A stretch of DNA of 64,000 bases from an uncultured Spirochaetota bacterium (GCA_963745235.1 CAVUXE010000037.1:96001-160000), one strand, 5' to 3'. Shown: positions 1 through 11,099, numbered from the stretch's first letter. The notes: a model not told the origin generated them from the letters alone. Program-made: numbers and translations.

Positions 1-1
1 G

Positions 2-1036
2 TCGGAGGCTTCCATAGAAAGGAGCGCGCGGTCGCTCACCGGCATCCAGGTCGACGACAAGGAGTTCGGCGTGGCGCAGTGGTGCTTCGACAACCGGACC
101 CCCTGCGGTAAGTACACCGACACCCTGCACTTGGCGAGCTACCACTACATCCCGCTTCTGACCCCGGACTCGGCGGTCGGCGTCATGGCCATCCGCCTCC
201 CGGAGGGACGCGCGTGGCCCCAGGACCAGGACGCATTCCTTCAGATCCTGGGGCGCAACCTCTCCCTTTCCATCGAGAGGGAGCTCCTGGCGGAGGAGAA
301 CCGCAGGAACCTCATGGCGCGCGAATCCGAGAGGCTGGGCAGGGTGCTCCTGAACACGGTCTCCCACGAGCTGCGCACCCCTCTCACGACAATCAAGGGC
401 TCGGTCACGGCCCTCATGGACGCCTCCACGGTGGAAGACCCCGAGGCGCGCTCCGCGCTGCTTTCCGAGACCCTGACGGCAACGGACCGCCTGAACTCCA
501 TCGTGGAGAACCTCCTCAGCATGAGCAGGCTGGAATCCGGGATGCTGCGGCTGAAGAAGTCCGACAACGACATCTTCGATCTCGTCTCCGTGGTGGCTGA
601 CGCACTGCGGCGCCAGTCCCGGGACCACCCCCTTTCCATCAGGATCGATGAGGATGTGCCGCTCGTGTCCCTTGACTTCATCCTGATGGTGCAGGTCCTC
701 ACCAATATCCTGGTCAACGCGGTGCGGCATACCCCGTCGGGGACGCCCGTGGAAATAAGCGTGGAGAGAAAGGGCAGGGGGGCGCGGATCACGGTTGCGG
801 ACGCCGGCCCGGGCGTGGACCCCGAGGAGCTTCCTCATCTGTTCGACAGGTTCTTCCGCGGGAAGAAAGCCGCCGCGGGAGGGGTCGGCCTGGGGCTCTC
901 CATCTGCAAGGGGATCGTTGAAGCGCACGGCGGAAAGATCACCGCGTACATCAACCGCAAGGGAGGGCTGTCGGTTTCCATATTCCTTCCGGACAGCATC
1001 GTCGAGGTGCCTGCAGAGGAGAAGGCGGCCACATGA
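2..1036 (+). CDS. kdpD: Sensor histidine kinase KdpD, C-terminal part (5' truncated by window edge)
   Basis: Frame is open from base 2. GAF-like region, H-box VSHELRTPLT, N-box NILVNAVRHT, G-boxes DAGPG and GVGLGLSIC. ATGA overlap with a kdpE-like regulator. Confidence 0.9.
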   Translation, partial: SEASIERSARSLTGIQVDDKEFGVAQWCFDNRTPCGKYTDTLHLASYHYIPLLTPDSAVGVMAIRLPEGRAWPQDQDAFLQILGRNLSLSIERELLAEENRRNLMARESERLGRVLLNTVSHELRTPLTTIKGSVTALMDASTVEDPEARSALLSETLTATDRLNSIVENLLSMSRLESGMLRLKKSDNDIFDLVSVVADALRRQSRDHPLSIRIDEDVPLVSLDFILMVQVLTNILVNAVRHTPSGTPVEISVERKGRGARITVADAGPGVDPEELPHLFDRFFRGKKAAAGGVGLGLSICKGIVEAHGGKITAYINRKGGLSVSIFLPDSIVEVPAEEKAAT

Positions 1037-1710
1037 CATCCGTGCTGGTGATCGACGACGAGGTCCAGATCAGGAGGCTTCTTCGCGTGAGCCTGGAAAA
1101 GCAGGGGTACGCCGTGCACGAGGCAGGCACCGCGGCGGATGGCCTCCAGCTGGTGCTGGGGAAGAAGCCTGACATCGTGCTCCTGGACCTGGGGCTCCCG
1201 GACAAGGACGGCGCCGAGGCGCTTTCCGAGCTGCGCACGTGGTCATCCGTGCCCGTGATCGTCCTTTCCGTTCGAAACTCCGAGGAGGAGATCGTTCGCC
1301 TGCTCGACACGGGCGCGGATGACTACCTGATCAAGCCCTTCCATACCGGAGAGCTGGTGGCGCGCATCAAGGTTGCCATCCGTCACCGGGCCCCGCAGGA
1401 GAGCCAGGAGCCCTTCACGTCCGGCCGGCTCAGCGTCGACCTCATCACGCGCGAGGTCCGGGTGGAGGGGCAGCTGATCCGGCTGACCCCCACCGAGTAC
1501 GGTCTTCTGCGGACGCTCGTGCAGCATGCGGGTCGGGTAGTGACCCATGGCCAGATCCTGCGCGAGCTGTGGGGGCCGAATGTCGACCAGGACACCAACT
1601 ACCTGCGCGTGTACATCACGGGACTCAGGAAGAAGATAGAGGAAAACCCGCACATGCCCCGGCTCCTGATCACCGAGCCGGGCGTCGGCTACCGGCTCGT
1701 GTCCCAGTAG
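1033..1710 (+). CDS. kdpE: OmpR-family response regulator KdpE
   Basis: [22 protein letters not shown]; C-terminal LTPTEY...[14 protein letters not shown]...TEPGVGYRL typical of KdpE. Confidence 0.92.
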   Translation: MTSVLVIDDEVQIRRLLRVSLEKQGYAVHEAGTAADGLQLVLGKKPDIVLLDLGLPDKDGAEALSELRTWSSVPVIVLSVRNSEEEIVRLLDTGADDYLIKPFHTGELVARIKVAIRHRAPQESQEPFTSGRLSVDLITREVRVEGQLIRLTPTEYGLLRTLVQHAGRVVTHGQILRELWGPNVDQDTNYLRVYITGLRKKIEENPHMPRLLITEPGVGYRLVSQ

Positions 1711-1714
1711 GTGC

Positions 1715-3374
1715 TCACACGACCTCGGCGCCGCTCTCGGAAAGAAGCTTCAGCCCCATCTCCCGCAGCCGGTATTTCTGAATCTTGCCGCTCGCCGGTC
1801 ATGGGGAAAGATTCCACGAAGAACACGTACCGGGGGATCTTGAACCGCGATATCTGCCCGCGGCAGAAGTCCCGCACGTCCTCCTCACCGAGGGAAGCCC
1901 CGCCAGCAGGGACGACGAAAGCGCCCACCTCTTCTCCGTACTTCTCGCTGGCAATCCCGACCACCTGCACGTCCCTGATGCCGGGCATCCGCAGGAGGAA
2001 CTCCTCGATCTCGCGGGGATAGACGTTCTCCCCGCCGCGAATGATCATGTCCTTGATCCTTCCCGTGATCTTGAAGTACCCGGCCTCGTCAACGGTGCCC
2101 AGGTCTCCGGAGTGCAGCCAGCCCTGGGCGTCCACCGCCTCCGCGGTGGCCTGCGGCATGTTGTAGTAGCCCTTCATGACGTTGTACCCCCGGCAGACAA
2201 CCTCGCCCTGGCACCCCGGGGCAAGCTCGTTGTTGTTCGCCGGATCCTGGATCCTCACCTCGATGCCGGGCAGGGCCTGCCCCACGGTGGAAACTCGAAG
2301 ATCCACCGGATCATCCGTCGATGTCTGCGTCATGACGGGCGAGCCTTCGGTCAGGCCATAGGCGATGGTGATCTGCGAGGCGTGCATGTCGCTGATGACC
2401 CGGTTCATGATCTCCACGGGGCAGGGAGACCCCGCCATGATGCCCGTCCTGAGGCTTCCCGTGTCGAACATGCGGAACATCGGGTGGGAGAGCTCCGCAA
2501 TGAACATCGTGGGGACGCCGTACAGTGCCGTGCATCGCTCCTTCTGGACAGAGGCCAGGACGAGGAGCGGATCGAAGCTCTCCGCGATCACGGCGGTGGC
2601 GCCATGAGTCAGGATTGCCATGATCCCCAGCACGAGCCCGAAACAGTGAAAGAGCGGGACCGGGAGGCAGACTTTCTCCGCAGAGGTGAACTTCTGCCGC
2701 TCCCCGATGTGAAAGCCGTTGTTCAGGATGTTCAGGTGGGTAAGCATCACGCCCTTGGGGAACCCGGTGGTCCCCGACGTGTACTGCATGTTGATCACTT
2801 CGTCGCAGCTCAGGGCGCGCGAGGCGCTTTCAAGGGCATCCCCGGTCTCGTGGCTGCCCCGCAGAAGGAGCTCCTGCGTGTTGTACATCCCCCGGTGCTT
2901 CTCGGGGCCGATGAATATCACGGTCTTGAGACAGGGGAACCGGGGGCTGGAAAGCCTGCCTCTCTGGCAGGAGCGCAGCTCGGGGACCAGCTCGTTCACC
3001 ATGCCCACGTAATCGCTGTCTCGAAAGCCCGAAATGAGGCAGAGGGTCTTCATGTCCGACTGGCGCAGGAGGTACTCCAGCTCCGCCAGCCGGTAGGCCG
3101 TGTTCACCGTGACGGTGATGGCGCCAATTCTGCCAAGGGCGAAAAGGTATGTGAGCCAGTCCGGCACGTTGGTTGCCCATATGCCGACATGGTCCCCCTT
3201 GGCGATGCCGATTGCCAGAAGCCCGCGCGCCAGGGTGTTCACCCGTTCATCGAACTGGGCATACGTGAACCGGAGGTTGCGGTCCGGGTAAACGATGAAA
3301 TCCTTGCCCGGACTGACTGCCGCCTGCCTGGCAAGCACTTCCCCGAGCGTCTCGGCAATGGTTGTAGAGTCCAT
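1715..3374 (-). CDS. AMP-binding acyl-CoA synthetase; single frameshift near 1795
   Basis: [41 protein letters not shown]. After FPMT a one-base shift restores [12 protein letters not shown]...EVV-stop at 1715. Confidence 0.88.
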
Positions 3375-3389
3375 CAGTCCGACTTTCAA

Positions 3390-3962
3390 TTACGGCGCGT
3401 AGACCACGCCAATGACCTTGGCTTCCTGGTCCCCGGCGCTATGCACATGGTGAGGGACAATGCTGTCATAGTAGATGCTGTCCCCGGGGCGCAGACGGTA
3501 GGTGTCCTTTCCGTATTCGATCTCCACTTCGCCGGAAAGGACGTAGACGAACTCCTCCCCCTCGTGCGTCGACGCCTGTGCATCCTGGGCAGAGGCGGGA
3601 TGGATATCGATCAGGAAAGGCTCCATGTGCCTTCCCGTCTTGTTTGCGGCCAGGGAGAAGAAGTCCAGGTCGCTGCGGTTCGGCCGCTCCCGCCCGGAGA
3701 AGCGCACAACCGCCTCGTGGGCCCCGGCCCGGGAGATCACCGGCCCCACCTGCTCCTGGTCATCCAGGAACGTGCCGAGGCGCACGCCCAGCGCGCGCGC
3801 TATCCTGATGAGCGGGCTGAGGGATGGAATGAGCGCCCCGGACTCGATCTGGCGCACGTGCTCCGCGTCCAGGTCGGCCCGGTCGGCAAGCTGTTCCGCG
3901 GTCATGCTCCTCGACTCCCGAATGGAGCGGACTTTCTCCCCAAGAGTGTTCCTGTCAACCAC
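3390..3962 (-). CDS. XRE-family HTH plus cupin transcriptional regulator
   Basis: HTH (LADRADL...QIESG...PSL), cupin HEGEEFVYVLSG...GDSIYYDSIVPHHV. GGAGG precedes GTG at 3962. Confidence 0.88.
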   Translation of the reverse strand: MVDRNTLGEKVRSIRESRSMTAEQLADRADLDAEHVRQIESGALIPSLSPLIRIARALGVRLGTFLDDQEQVGPVISRAGAHEAVVRFSGRERPNRSDLDFFSLAANKTGRHMEPFLIDIHPASAQDAQASTHEGEEFVYVLSGEVEIEYGKDTYRLRPGDSIYYDSIVPHHVHSAGDQEAKVIGVVYAP

Positions 3963-3966
3963 GACC

Positions 3967-5122
3967 TTACCTCCCAACCATGGGCGCCACGAGGAGCCCT
4001 ATCCCGTACGTTATGGCGGCCTCGCCAAGCCCGATCAGCATCATCTCCAGCCCGCTCCTCCACCAGCTTCGCCCCGTGACCACCACCTTTGCCGCCCCTA
4101 CTCCGAAATGGGCAAGCGTGCTGATTACGAATGAAATGACAAGCGCCGGCACCCCCGCGGATGAAGACGTACGGCAGCACGGGGACCGCGGCGCCGATGG
4201 CCGTGGCGGCAGTGGCGCTGACCGCGGATTTCCACGGGTTGGGAAATGCCTGCTCGGAGAGTCCCAGCTCCTCGTGGGCGAGGGTCTTCAGCATCTCCTC
4301 GGGGTTCTGGGCCATGCGGGCGGCCATGGCGTCGGCCTCTGCCTCTGTAAACCCTTTCAGCTGGTAGAACAGTGACAGCTCCTGCTGCTCCTCCTCAGGG
4401 TTGTCCTCTATCTCCATGCGCTCGCGGTTCATCTCCGCCTCGTGCACCTCTTTCTGCGACTTCTCCGCGAGGTAAGCGCCGCTTCCCATGGAAAGAGCCG
4501 AGGCCACCATGGAGGCGAAACCGCTGAGGAGGACGAAGGAGCTGTTGACATGGGTGGCGCCGGCGACGCCGCTCACGATCCCGAACGCCGCGCCCAGGCC
4601 GTCGTTGATGCCATAAATGGCCTGGCCGATCCAGCCTCCGCCGCGAACGTGACGCTCCTTGCCCAGGATGCCTTCCAGCACGCGAAGCGGGCGGGGCGAT
4701 TCTCCCACCATCTCCGTGAGGGCCCGATCATGGGCGCGTTCCATGCGGCCGGTCTCCTCGAACGCCAGCCGATCCTCCTCCGTGGGAGAAAGTGCAGCAA
4801 GCGTCTCATACCCGCCGTTGGCGTTGTCCTCCGCGGCCTCCATGACCTTCACGACCGCTTCCGGCCCCTTCTCCACGAGGGCCTTTCTGCGGGCCGTTTC
4901 CGCGGCGGTCTCGGTGTATGCCCCCGGGTCCGCCCCCAGCTCGCGCAGGCGCTTCTCCCATCTTTGGGCGTGCTTCACTTCCTCCGCCGCCATGCGCAGA
5001 AAGATGTCCCTCCGCTTCGGGTCCTTCTCCTTCTCAGCGGCCGCCGAATACGTGAGAGCGCTGGACTTCTCGTCCCTCCACGCCTTGCGAAGCTCGTCGA
5101 CGAATCGATCCCGGTCGGGCAT
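3967..5122 (-). CDS. Rubrerythrin/ferritin-like domain fused to VIT1/CCC1 Fe/Mn transporter; frameshift near 4155
   Basis: ExxH motifs EEVKH and ERAH; VIT1 signatures IYGINDGL and SMGSGAYL. C-terminal TM helices continue in ORF 3967-4152. Confidence 0.85.
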
Positions 5123-5139
5123 ACGGCATCACCTCCGAG

Positions 5140-5466
5140 TCAGAAGCTGAAAAGAGCTACTCCCGCGAGGATCAGCCCCGTGCCGGCCCATGCCATGGGG
5201 GGAATCTTCTCACGGAAAACGACCAGCCCGCCAACCACCTGCACGCCGATGGCCGTCAGCCCCTCGGTGAGGGGGTAGGCGACGTGCAGGGATAGTCCGC
5301 GCAACAGGGCGGTAAAGGCAAGGACCCCGAGGAATCCCCCGAGGTTGCCGAGCACCTGCCACAGGAGAAATGCTTTCGCGCCCGCGGCGGCCGCCGAGCG
5401 CTTGAGGCAGATGTGCGCCCCCGTGTTTGCGCCAAGGTTCGCAAGGAGAAACAGGAGCGTCCTCAC
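5140..5466 (-). CDS. SMR/EamA-like small 4-TM membrane protein, subunit 2
   Basis: 108 aa hydrophobic; LSLHVAYPL...FREKI...G..LILAGV pattern of SMR/ArnE-like proteins; overlaps its paralog by 4 nt. Confidence 0.75.
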   Translation of the reverse strand: MRTLLFLLANLGANTGAHICLKRSAAAAGAKAFLLWQVLGNLGGFLGVLAFTALLRGLSLHVAYPLTEGLTAIGVQVVGGLVVFREKIPPMAWAGTGLILAGVALFSF

Positions 5467-5852
5467 GAACCGCCGCCCCCTCCCGCGGGACTCTTCCTGT
5501 TCTCCTGCCTCCCCGCCCCCACCAGGATGATGCCGGCCGCCACAACGGCCGCACCGACAGCTTCAGTCGGTTTGAACGCCTCGTGAAAGACCAGGAGGGA
5601 GGCGGCAAGCTGGACGCCAAGCACCCCGACGCCCCTGCTCAGCGGGAAGGCGGTGTGCAGCGGCATTTCGCGAAGCAGTCCCGTGTACAGAAGAACGCCC
5701 GCCAACCCCGCGAGGTTGCCTCCCGCCTGGAATGCGAGGAACGGCCACACCCCGTCTGCATCCGCCGAGAGCTTGAGAAGAACGTTTGCCGCGGTCACCA
5801 CCACGGCATAGCAGGCCAGGAAGAGGACGGTCTTCACGGCTGCCTGCAGCAT
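5463..5852 (-). CDS. SMR/EamA-like small 4-TM membrane protein, subunit 1
   Basis: MPLHTAFPL...FHEAF...G..VVAAGI. Start at 5852 lies 7 nt after a -10 hexamer. Confidence 0.72.
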   Translation of the reverse strand: MLQAAVKTVLFLACYAVVVTAANVLLKLSADADGVWPFLAFQAGGNLAGLAGVLLYTGLLREMPLHTAFPLSRGVGVLGVQLAASLLVFHEAFKPTEAVGAAVVAAGIILVGAGRQENRKSPAGGGGGS

Positions 5853-5859
5853 GCGTGCG

Positions 5860-5888
5860 AGCATAGCGTCGCGATGCTGCGACGTCAA
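5860..5888 (-). promoter_or_regulatory. Sigma70-type promoter, probably leaderless transcript
   Basis: Minus strand reads TTGACG-N17-TATGCT-N7-ATG. Confidence 0.65.
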
Positions 5889-5959
5889 CGATCTGTGACG
5901 CAGCGGACGGCGGCGCCCCACGGCCTGACACGGCTGACGGACACACGCGGCCGGGCCTG

Positions 5960-6006
5960 TTGCGCGCACGGCCGCGGGATGGTATAATTGATTGAACGTT
6001 CAGTCA
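5960..6006 (+). promoter_or_regulatory. Sigma70 promoter plus palindromic TetR operator
   Basis: TTGCGC-N17-TATAAT with extended TG, followed directly by TGATTGAACGTTCAGTCA (5989-6006), an 18-bp palindrome with one mismatched pair. Confidence 0.75.
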
Positions 6007-6021
6007 TTTTTGGAGAGGGAC

Positions 6022-6597
6022 ATGGCTCGGCCGCGTGACAGGGACAAACCCGCCCAGATCATCAGCGCAGCGTTCTCGGTTTTCGGCGAGGTCGGCTACG
6101 AGGCCACCAGCATTTCCCATATCGCCAGGCGGGCGGGAATCTCCTCGGGCACCGTCTATACCTATTTCAAGGACAAGAAGGACCTCTTCCGCGCGACCGC
6201 CCAGGATCGGTGGGACCGCTTCCTGGCACAGATCGAGGCGCTTGCGGATTCCCGGGAACCGACGCGGACCCGTCTCCAGGGACTGAACGAGATCGGGTTT
6301 GCGAGCCTGAAAAGCGCTCGTCCTCTCCTGCGCGGCATGCTGTTCGAATCGAGCCAGATGAACCTGCTCCAGGGAAACCTGGACAGGCTGTACGCGCTCA
6401 TCGAAAGGATCCTGACCGAGCCGGAGACGCCGGCGCGCCAGTCCGCCCAGGACGCGCGTCAGAGGCGGGCCCTGATTCGGATCACCGTGATAGGAGTCAT
6501 CTTTTCCGTTGCCCTGGCGGGGCCGGCGCGGGTGGACCGCGAGATACGGATTCTGCAGAGGGCCATGGCGCTTCGCCTCCAGGAGGCTGGACCGTGA
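6022..6597 (+). CDS. TetR/AcrR family transcriptional regulator
   Basis: GYEATSISHIARRAGISSGTVYTYFKDKKDLF helix-turn-helix; SD-like GGAGAGG before ATG. Confidence 0.9.
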   Translation: MARPRDRDKPAQIISAAFSVFGEVGYEATSISHIARRAGISSGTVYTYFKDKKDLFRATAQDRWDRFLAQIEALADSREPTRTRLQGLNEIGFASLKSARPLLRGMLFESSQMNLLQGNLDRLYALIERILTEPETPARQSAQDARQRRALIRITVIGVIFSVALAGPARVDREIRILQRAMALRLQEAGP

Positions 6598-8010
6598 CGC
6601 GCATCGTCCCGGCCGCACTCGCGGCTTTTCTCTTTCTTGCCGGCGGAGTTGCCGCCGGGGCGGAGCCGTCCCCCGTAACCCTGGACCAGGCGCTTGCCCT
6701 TGCCCGCAAGAGCTCCGAGGCCATCCGCCTCTCCGAGCTTGCGCTTCAGAAATCCCAGGCGGCGCTGGGAGAAGCGCGCGGCAGGGGGTTTCCGCACGTT
6801 GACCTGGAGGCCTCCGGCTCGTACCTGGTGAACCCGCCGCCAGGGTACACGGTGGCTGCGGGAGCCCTGGGCTCGCCGGGCAATTCCGGCAGGCTCACCC
6901 CTTGGCAATCCAACCGCGATCTCTCTTGGCCCCATTCCGCAGAGCCCGTTCAACGTTGGCGCCTCCCTGCACAACTACTTCAGCCTCGGCGCCACGGTGA
7001 ACCAGCCCCTTTTCACCTGGGGAAAGATCAGGAGCGCAATCGACCTGGCCGCCCTCCAGGTGGACGCGGCGGGAACGGACATGAGCGCCCGACAGAGAGA
7101 CATCGACCGGCAGGTGGCAAGGTCGTATTTCAGCGCGCTCCTGGCTCACCGCTCGCTGGAAGCGCTGCAACGGATGAGAGACACGGCCGCCGAGATCGCC
7201 ACGGACCGACAAAAGGGCTTCGACGAAGGGACCATCAACAGGGAGTCGCTCCTGGAGGTGAAGGCGACATTTGCGGCCCTGGATGCGAGGCTCGTCGAAG
7301 CCGCGCAAAGCGAAACAACCGCCCTCGCCGGGCTGGCCGTGCTGACGGGACAGGAGACGACCGCCTCCTCTCTTGCAACCGACTTCCCGGCTTCCCTTCC
7401 TCAGCTTGACGAGCAGGCTCTCCTCTCGCGAGCCCTCCAGGGCTCCACCGACATGGGGGGGGCCCGCACGCGCGTGCAGGAGGCGCGCCGCAAGCTTTCC
7501 ATTGAGCAGGGAGGCGCCATCCTCCACCCGGACGTGAACCTCGGGATCTCCCTGGACGTCTCGGGCCAGGAGGACTTCCCCTATTCCGGCGCCTGGACCT
7601 TCAGCAACAACACCTGGAACGTTGACCTGCTCCTGACTCTCGGCGTGAAAATGAGCGCCTTCGATGGAATGGAGTCCCTGAACCGCATCCGCCAGGCGGA
7701 GAAAGACCTGGACATGGCTGACGTGGCCCTCACCCAGCAGGCGAAGGGCGTGCGCATCCAGCTGCGACAGGCAGTCGAAGCCGCGGTAAAAGCCGACGCT
7801 GACACGCAGGCTGCCCGGGCCCGCCTCGAATACCTGGAGGAAAAACTCCGCAATGCCGGGGTGGCCCTTGCCAACGGGCAGGCGAGCCGGGAGGACCAGC
7901 ACAACGCGGCAATCCAGGCGGGCTCCGCGGAGCTCGATCTCCTCCTTGCGCAGTACACCCGGGAGGAGGCACTTGCCGACATCCAGCGGATAACCGGAGA
8001 GCGCCCATGA
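6594..8010 (+). CDS. TolC family outer membrane efflux protein; frameshift near 6879
   Basis: Signal peptide, TLDQALALA, QPLFTWGK, long helical repeats. Removing one G near 6879 joins ORFs 6210-7409 and 6997-8010. Confidence 0.85.
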
Positions 8011-11000
8011 ACATCACAGAGCTTTCCGTCAGGCGTCCCACTGCCATCCTCATGGGAATGCTCCTCATTGCGGGCCTGGGTCTTGTCGGGTACATGAACC
8101 TGGGGGCGGACCTTTTCCCCGCCGTGGACACGCCCATCATCGTCATCCGCTCCACCTACGCGGGGGCGGGGGCGCAGCAGATCGACACGGACATCGTCAA
8201 GCCCATCGAGGATGCAGTCTCGGTGGTCAACGGGATCGACACGATGCGCTCAACCTCGGGTGTGGGTTTCGGCTACACGATCATCCAGTTCACCATGGCA
8301 ACGGACCTCAACGCCGCCCAGGTGGACGTGCAGAAGGCCATCAACGGGGTTGTCGACAAGCTTCCCCGGGACGCCACCCGGCCCGTCATCCTCACCTTCG
8401 ACGTCAACGCGCAACCCATCCTGATCCTTGCCATCACGGGGGACGTCACCCCGGAGCAGCTCTACAACCAGGCAGACACGGTGACGCGCGCAATCGAAGC
8501 GCTCCCCGGCGTGGGAAGCGTGACAATTGACGGAGGCCGGAAGAAAGAGCTCCTGGTCACCCTGGACAGGGAGAAGCTGGACTACTATTCGGTGAGCACG
8601 CAGACTCTCCTTGCGACTCTCCAGGCGGACAACATGAACGTGCCGGCGGGGGAGATCAAGCAGAGGTCGCGCGACCTCACGGTCCGCATGCTCGGGGAGT
8701 TCGCAAGCGAGCAGGACGTGAGCAACCTCCGGATCCCCACGGCCACGGGATCCACGGTGCCTTTATCCGAGATCGCGCAGGTGAAGCTGGATTATCCGGA
8801 TCCCGTACGCTCCGTCCGCCTGGACGGGAAGCCGGCCATTGGCATCGTGGTGCGCAAGCAGAGCAACGCGAACCTCATGGACACCGCGAACCGGGTCAAG
8901 CAGACGCTCCCCTCCCTGCGGGGCTCCCTGCTGCCGGGCACGCGGCTCACCCTTGCAAGCGATGCCACGCTGTTCGTGACCTCGTCCCTGGATGAGACCC
9001 GGCTGAACCTGCTGGAAAGCATCATCACGACCTCCCTGGTGCTTTTCCTTTTCCTCCGCCGGTGGCGCTCTTCCCTCATCGTTCTCGTTGCCATTCCTTT
9101 TTCCCTGGTCGGCACGTTCTTCGCCATGTACACGTTTCATTTCACGCTGAACATCGTGAGCCTCATGGCCCTGGGACTGTGCATCGGAATCCTCGTGGAT
9201 GACTCCATCGTGATACTGGAAAACGTGGACAGGCACATCCTGCTCGGGGAAGACTCCCGGACGGCGGCCGTGCGCGGGAGGATGGAGATTGGTCTTGCGG
9301 CCGTGGCCATCACGCTGTGCGACGTGGTGGTCTTCGCCCCCATTGCGTTCCTGTCGGACATCGTCGGCCAGTTTTTCCGCCAGTTCGGGGTGACCGTGGT
9401 GGCGGCAACGCTGCTCTCCCTGCTCGTCTCTTTCACGATAACGCCCATGATGGCATCACGCATGCTCAGCGCGGGAAAGCGCGCCGGCCCCGCCCCGGCT
9501 GGCGAGCAGGCAGGCGGAGGCGCCTTCGGCAGGTTCTTCGAGACGGGGATCAAGGGCGGCTACCGCGCGTTTCTCCAGTGGTGCCTGGCAAACCGCTGGA
9601 AGGTGATCATTTCCGTGGCTGTGCTCGTGGCAGCCAGCATCGCCCTCCTTCCCCTGAGAGTCATCCAGAGCGAGTTCCTCCCGACCTTTGATCAGAGCAG
9701 GCTCATCGTGGACCTGGACCTGGGTCCGGGCGCAACATTTTCCCAGGTGGATGAAAAGACCGCAATTGTTGAGCGACACCTGCTTTCCCTGCCGGAGCTC
9801 GAGACGATGTACGCCGGAGTCGGAGGCGCCACGGCGGGTTCCAAGTCTGAGATCCTCGTGAAGCTGAAGGACAAGTCGGCGCGGCGAAAGAGCCAGTCCG
9901 TGCTGGCGCGGGAGCTGCGGGAGTGGGGCCGGGCGCTGCCCGGCGTGGACTTCTCCGTCACCGAGCCCGGGGTCCTGGACCGCACGTCCATCGAGGGCAC
10001 CAAGCCTTTCATCGTCAACGTGACAGGGCCCAGCCCTGACGTGCTGCAGGACCTGGCGCGCGTTGTGGAGAGGGAGGTGAGGGCCGTGCGAGGCACTGCC
10101 GACGTGGACAACACGATGCGCGCCACGCAGGGCGAGGTGAATGTCATCGTGGACCGGCTTGCCGCCTCGGACTACGGCCTCACCGCCTCCGACATTGCAA
10201 GCGTCATGCGCGCGGCGCTCGCAGGCGCTGACGCGGGAGTCTACCGGCACGGCGGAGACGAGTTTGACGTGACGGTCCGCTACCGGGAGGACCAGATCCG
10301 GACCCCCGACGACCTGGCAACGCTGTCCATCACGAATCGCCTGGGCCAGCGGGTCCCGCTCACCCAGGTGGCCCGCGTCGTCAGGAGCGACAGCCCGCAG
10401 CAGGTCCTGCGTCGAAACAGGCAGAACGTGGCGACCATTACGGCGAATATCCAGGGGAGGCCCCTGGGCGCAATCACCGCCGAGGTGAAGCAGAGGCTGG
10501 GAAGCCTTTCCCTGCCCCTCGGGTACCAGATCGCCTACGGCGGGGACACGCAGTACATGGCGACATCCTTCCGCTCTTTGGCGTGGGCCCTGCTCGCCTC
10601 CATCCTGCTCGTGTACATGATCCTGGTCGTTCTCTACGAGTCGTTCCTCACGCCAATGATCCGCATGCTCTCCATTCCCTGCGGAGTCATTGGAGCTTTC
10701 GCCGCGCTTGCCATCACGGGCAAGGCCATCAACATCTTTGCATTCATCGGGCTCATCATGCTCGACGGGCTGATCTCCAAGAACGGCACACTTCTCATCG
10801 ACTACACGAACACCCTCGTGAAGAGGGGAATGCCGCTGCGCAAGGCCCTCCTGGAAGCCGGCGTCACAAGACTGCGCCCCATCCTGATGACCTCGGCGAC
10901 AATGATCGTGGGCATGATGCCGCTTGCCCTGTCTCTCGGGGCCTCCAGTGAGATACGGTCCGGGATGGCAGTGGTCCTGATCGGCGGCCTTGTCACCTCC

Positions 11001-11099
11001 ACCATCTTCACCCCGCTCCTGCTGCCTGTCGTCTACACGCTGATTGACGAGGCTCGCGCGGCAGTGCGCGGGAGGAAAGCCGGAGAAAAAGGACCATGA
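8007..11099 (+). CDS. RND efflux permease (AcrB/HAE1 family)
   Basis: 1030 aa; GILVDDSIV, SKNG and RLRPILMT proton-relay motifs. Confidence 0.95.
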   Translation: MNITELSVRRPTAILMGMLLIAGLGLVGYMNLGADLFPAVDTPIIVIRSTYAGAGAQQIDTDIVKPIEDAVSVVNGIDTMRSTSGVGFGYTIIQFTMATDLNAAQVDVQKAINGVVDKLPRDATRPVILTFDVNAQPILILAITGDVTPEQLYNQADTVTRAIEALPGVGSVTIDGGRKKELLVTLDREKLDYYSVSTQTLLATLQADNMNVPAGEIKQRSRDLTVRMLGEFASEQDVSNLRIPTATGSTVPLSEIAQVKLDYPDPVRSVRLDGKPAIGIVVRKQSNANLMDTANRVKQTLPSLRGSLLPGTRLTLASDATLFVTSSLDETRLNLLESIITTSLVLFLFLRRWRSSLIVLVAIPFSLVGTFFAMYTFHFTLNIVSLMALGLCIGILVDDSIVILENVDRHILLGEDSRTAAVRGRMEIGLAAVAITLCDVVVFAPIAFLSDIVGQFFRQFGVTVVAATLLSLLVSFTITPMMASRMLSAGKRAGPAPAGEQAGGGAFGRFFETGIKGGYRAFLQWCLANRWKVIISVAVLVAASIALLPLRVIQSEFLPTFDQSRLIVDLDLGPGATFSQVDEKTAIVERHLLSLPELETMYAGVGGATAGSKSEILVKLKDKSARRKSQSVLARELREWGRALPGVDFSVTEPGVLDRTSIEGTKPFIVNVTGPSPDVLQDLARVVEREVRAVRGTADVDNTMRATQGEVNVIVDRLAASDYGLTASDIASVMRAALAGADAGVYRHGGDEFDVTVRYREDQIRTPDDLATLSITNRLGQRVPLTQVARVVRSDSPQQVLRRNRQNVATITANIQGRPLGAITAEVKQRLGSLSLPLGYQIAYGGDTQYMATSFRSLAWALLASILLVYMILVVLYESFLTPMIRMLSIPCGVIGAFAALAITGKAINIFAFIGLIMLDGLISKNGTLLIDYTNTLVKRGMPLRKALLEAGVTRLRPILMTSATMIVGMMPLALSLGASSEIRSGMAVVLIGGLVTSTIFTPLLLPVVYTLIDEARAAVRGRKAGEKGP

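Noticed and set aside
1785-4079. 764-aa plus-strand ORF and similar long antisense ORFs (e.g. 24075-25451, 29224-30441, 56744-58234)
   Set aside because: Shadow frames of well-supported opposite-strand genes in high-GC DNA; no recognisable motifs.
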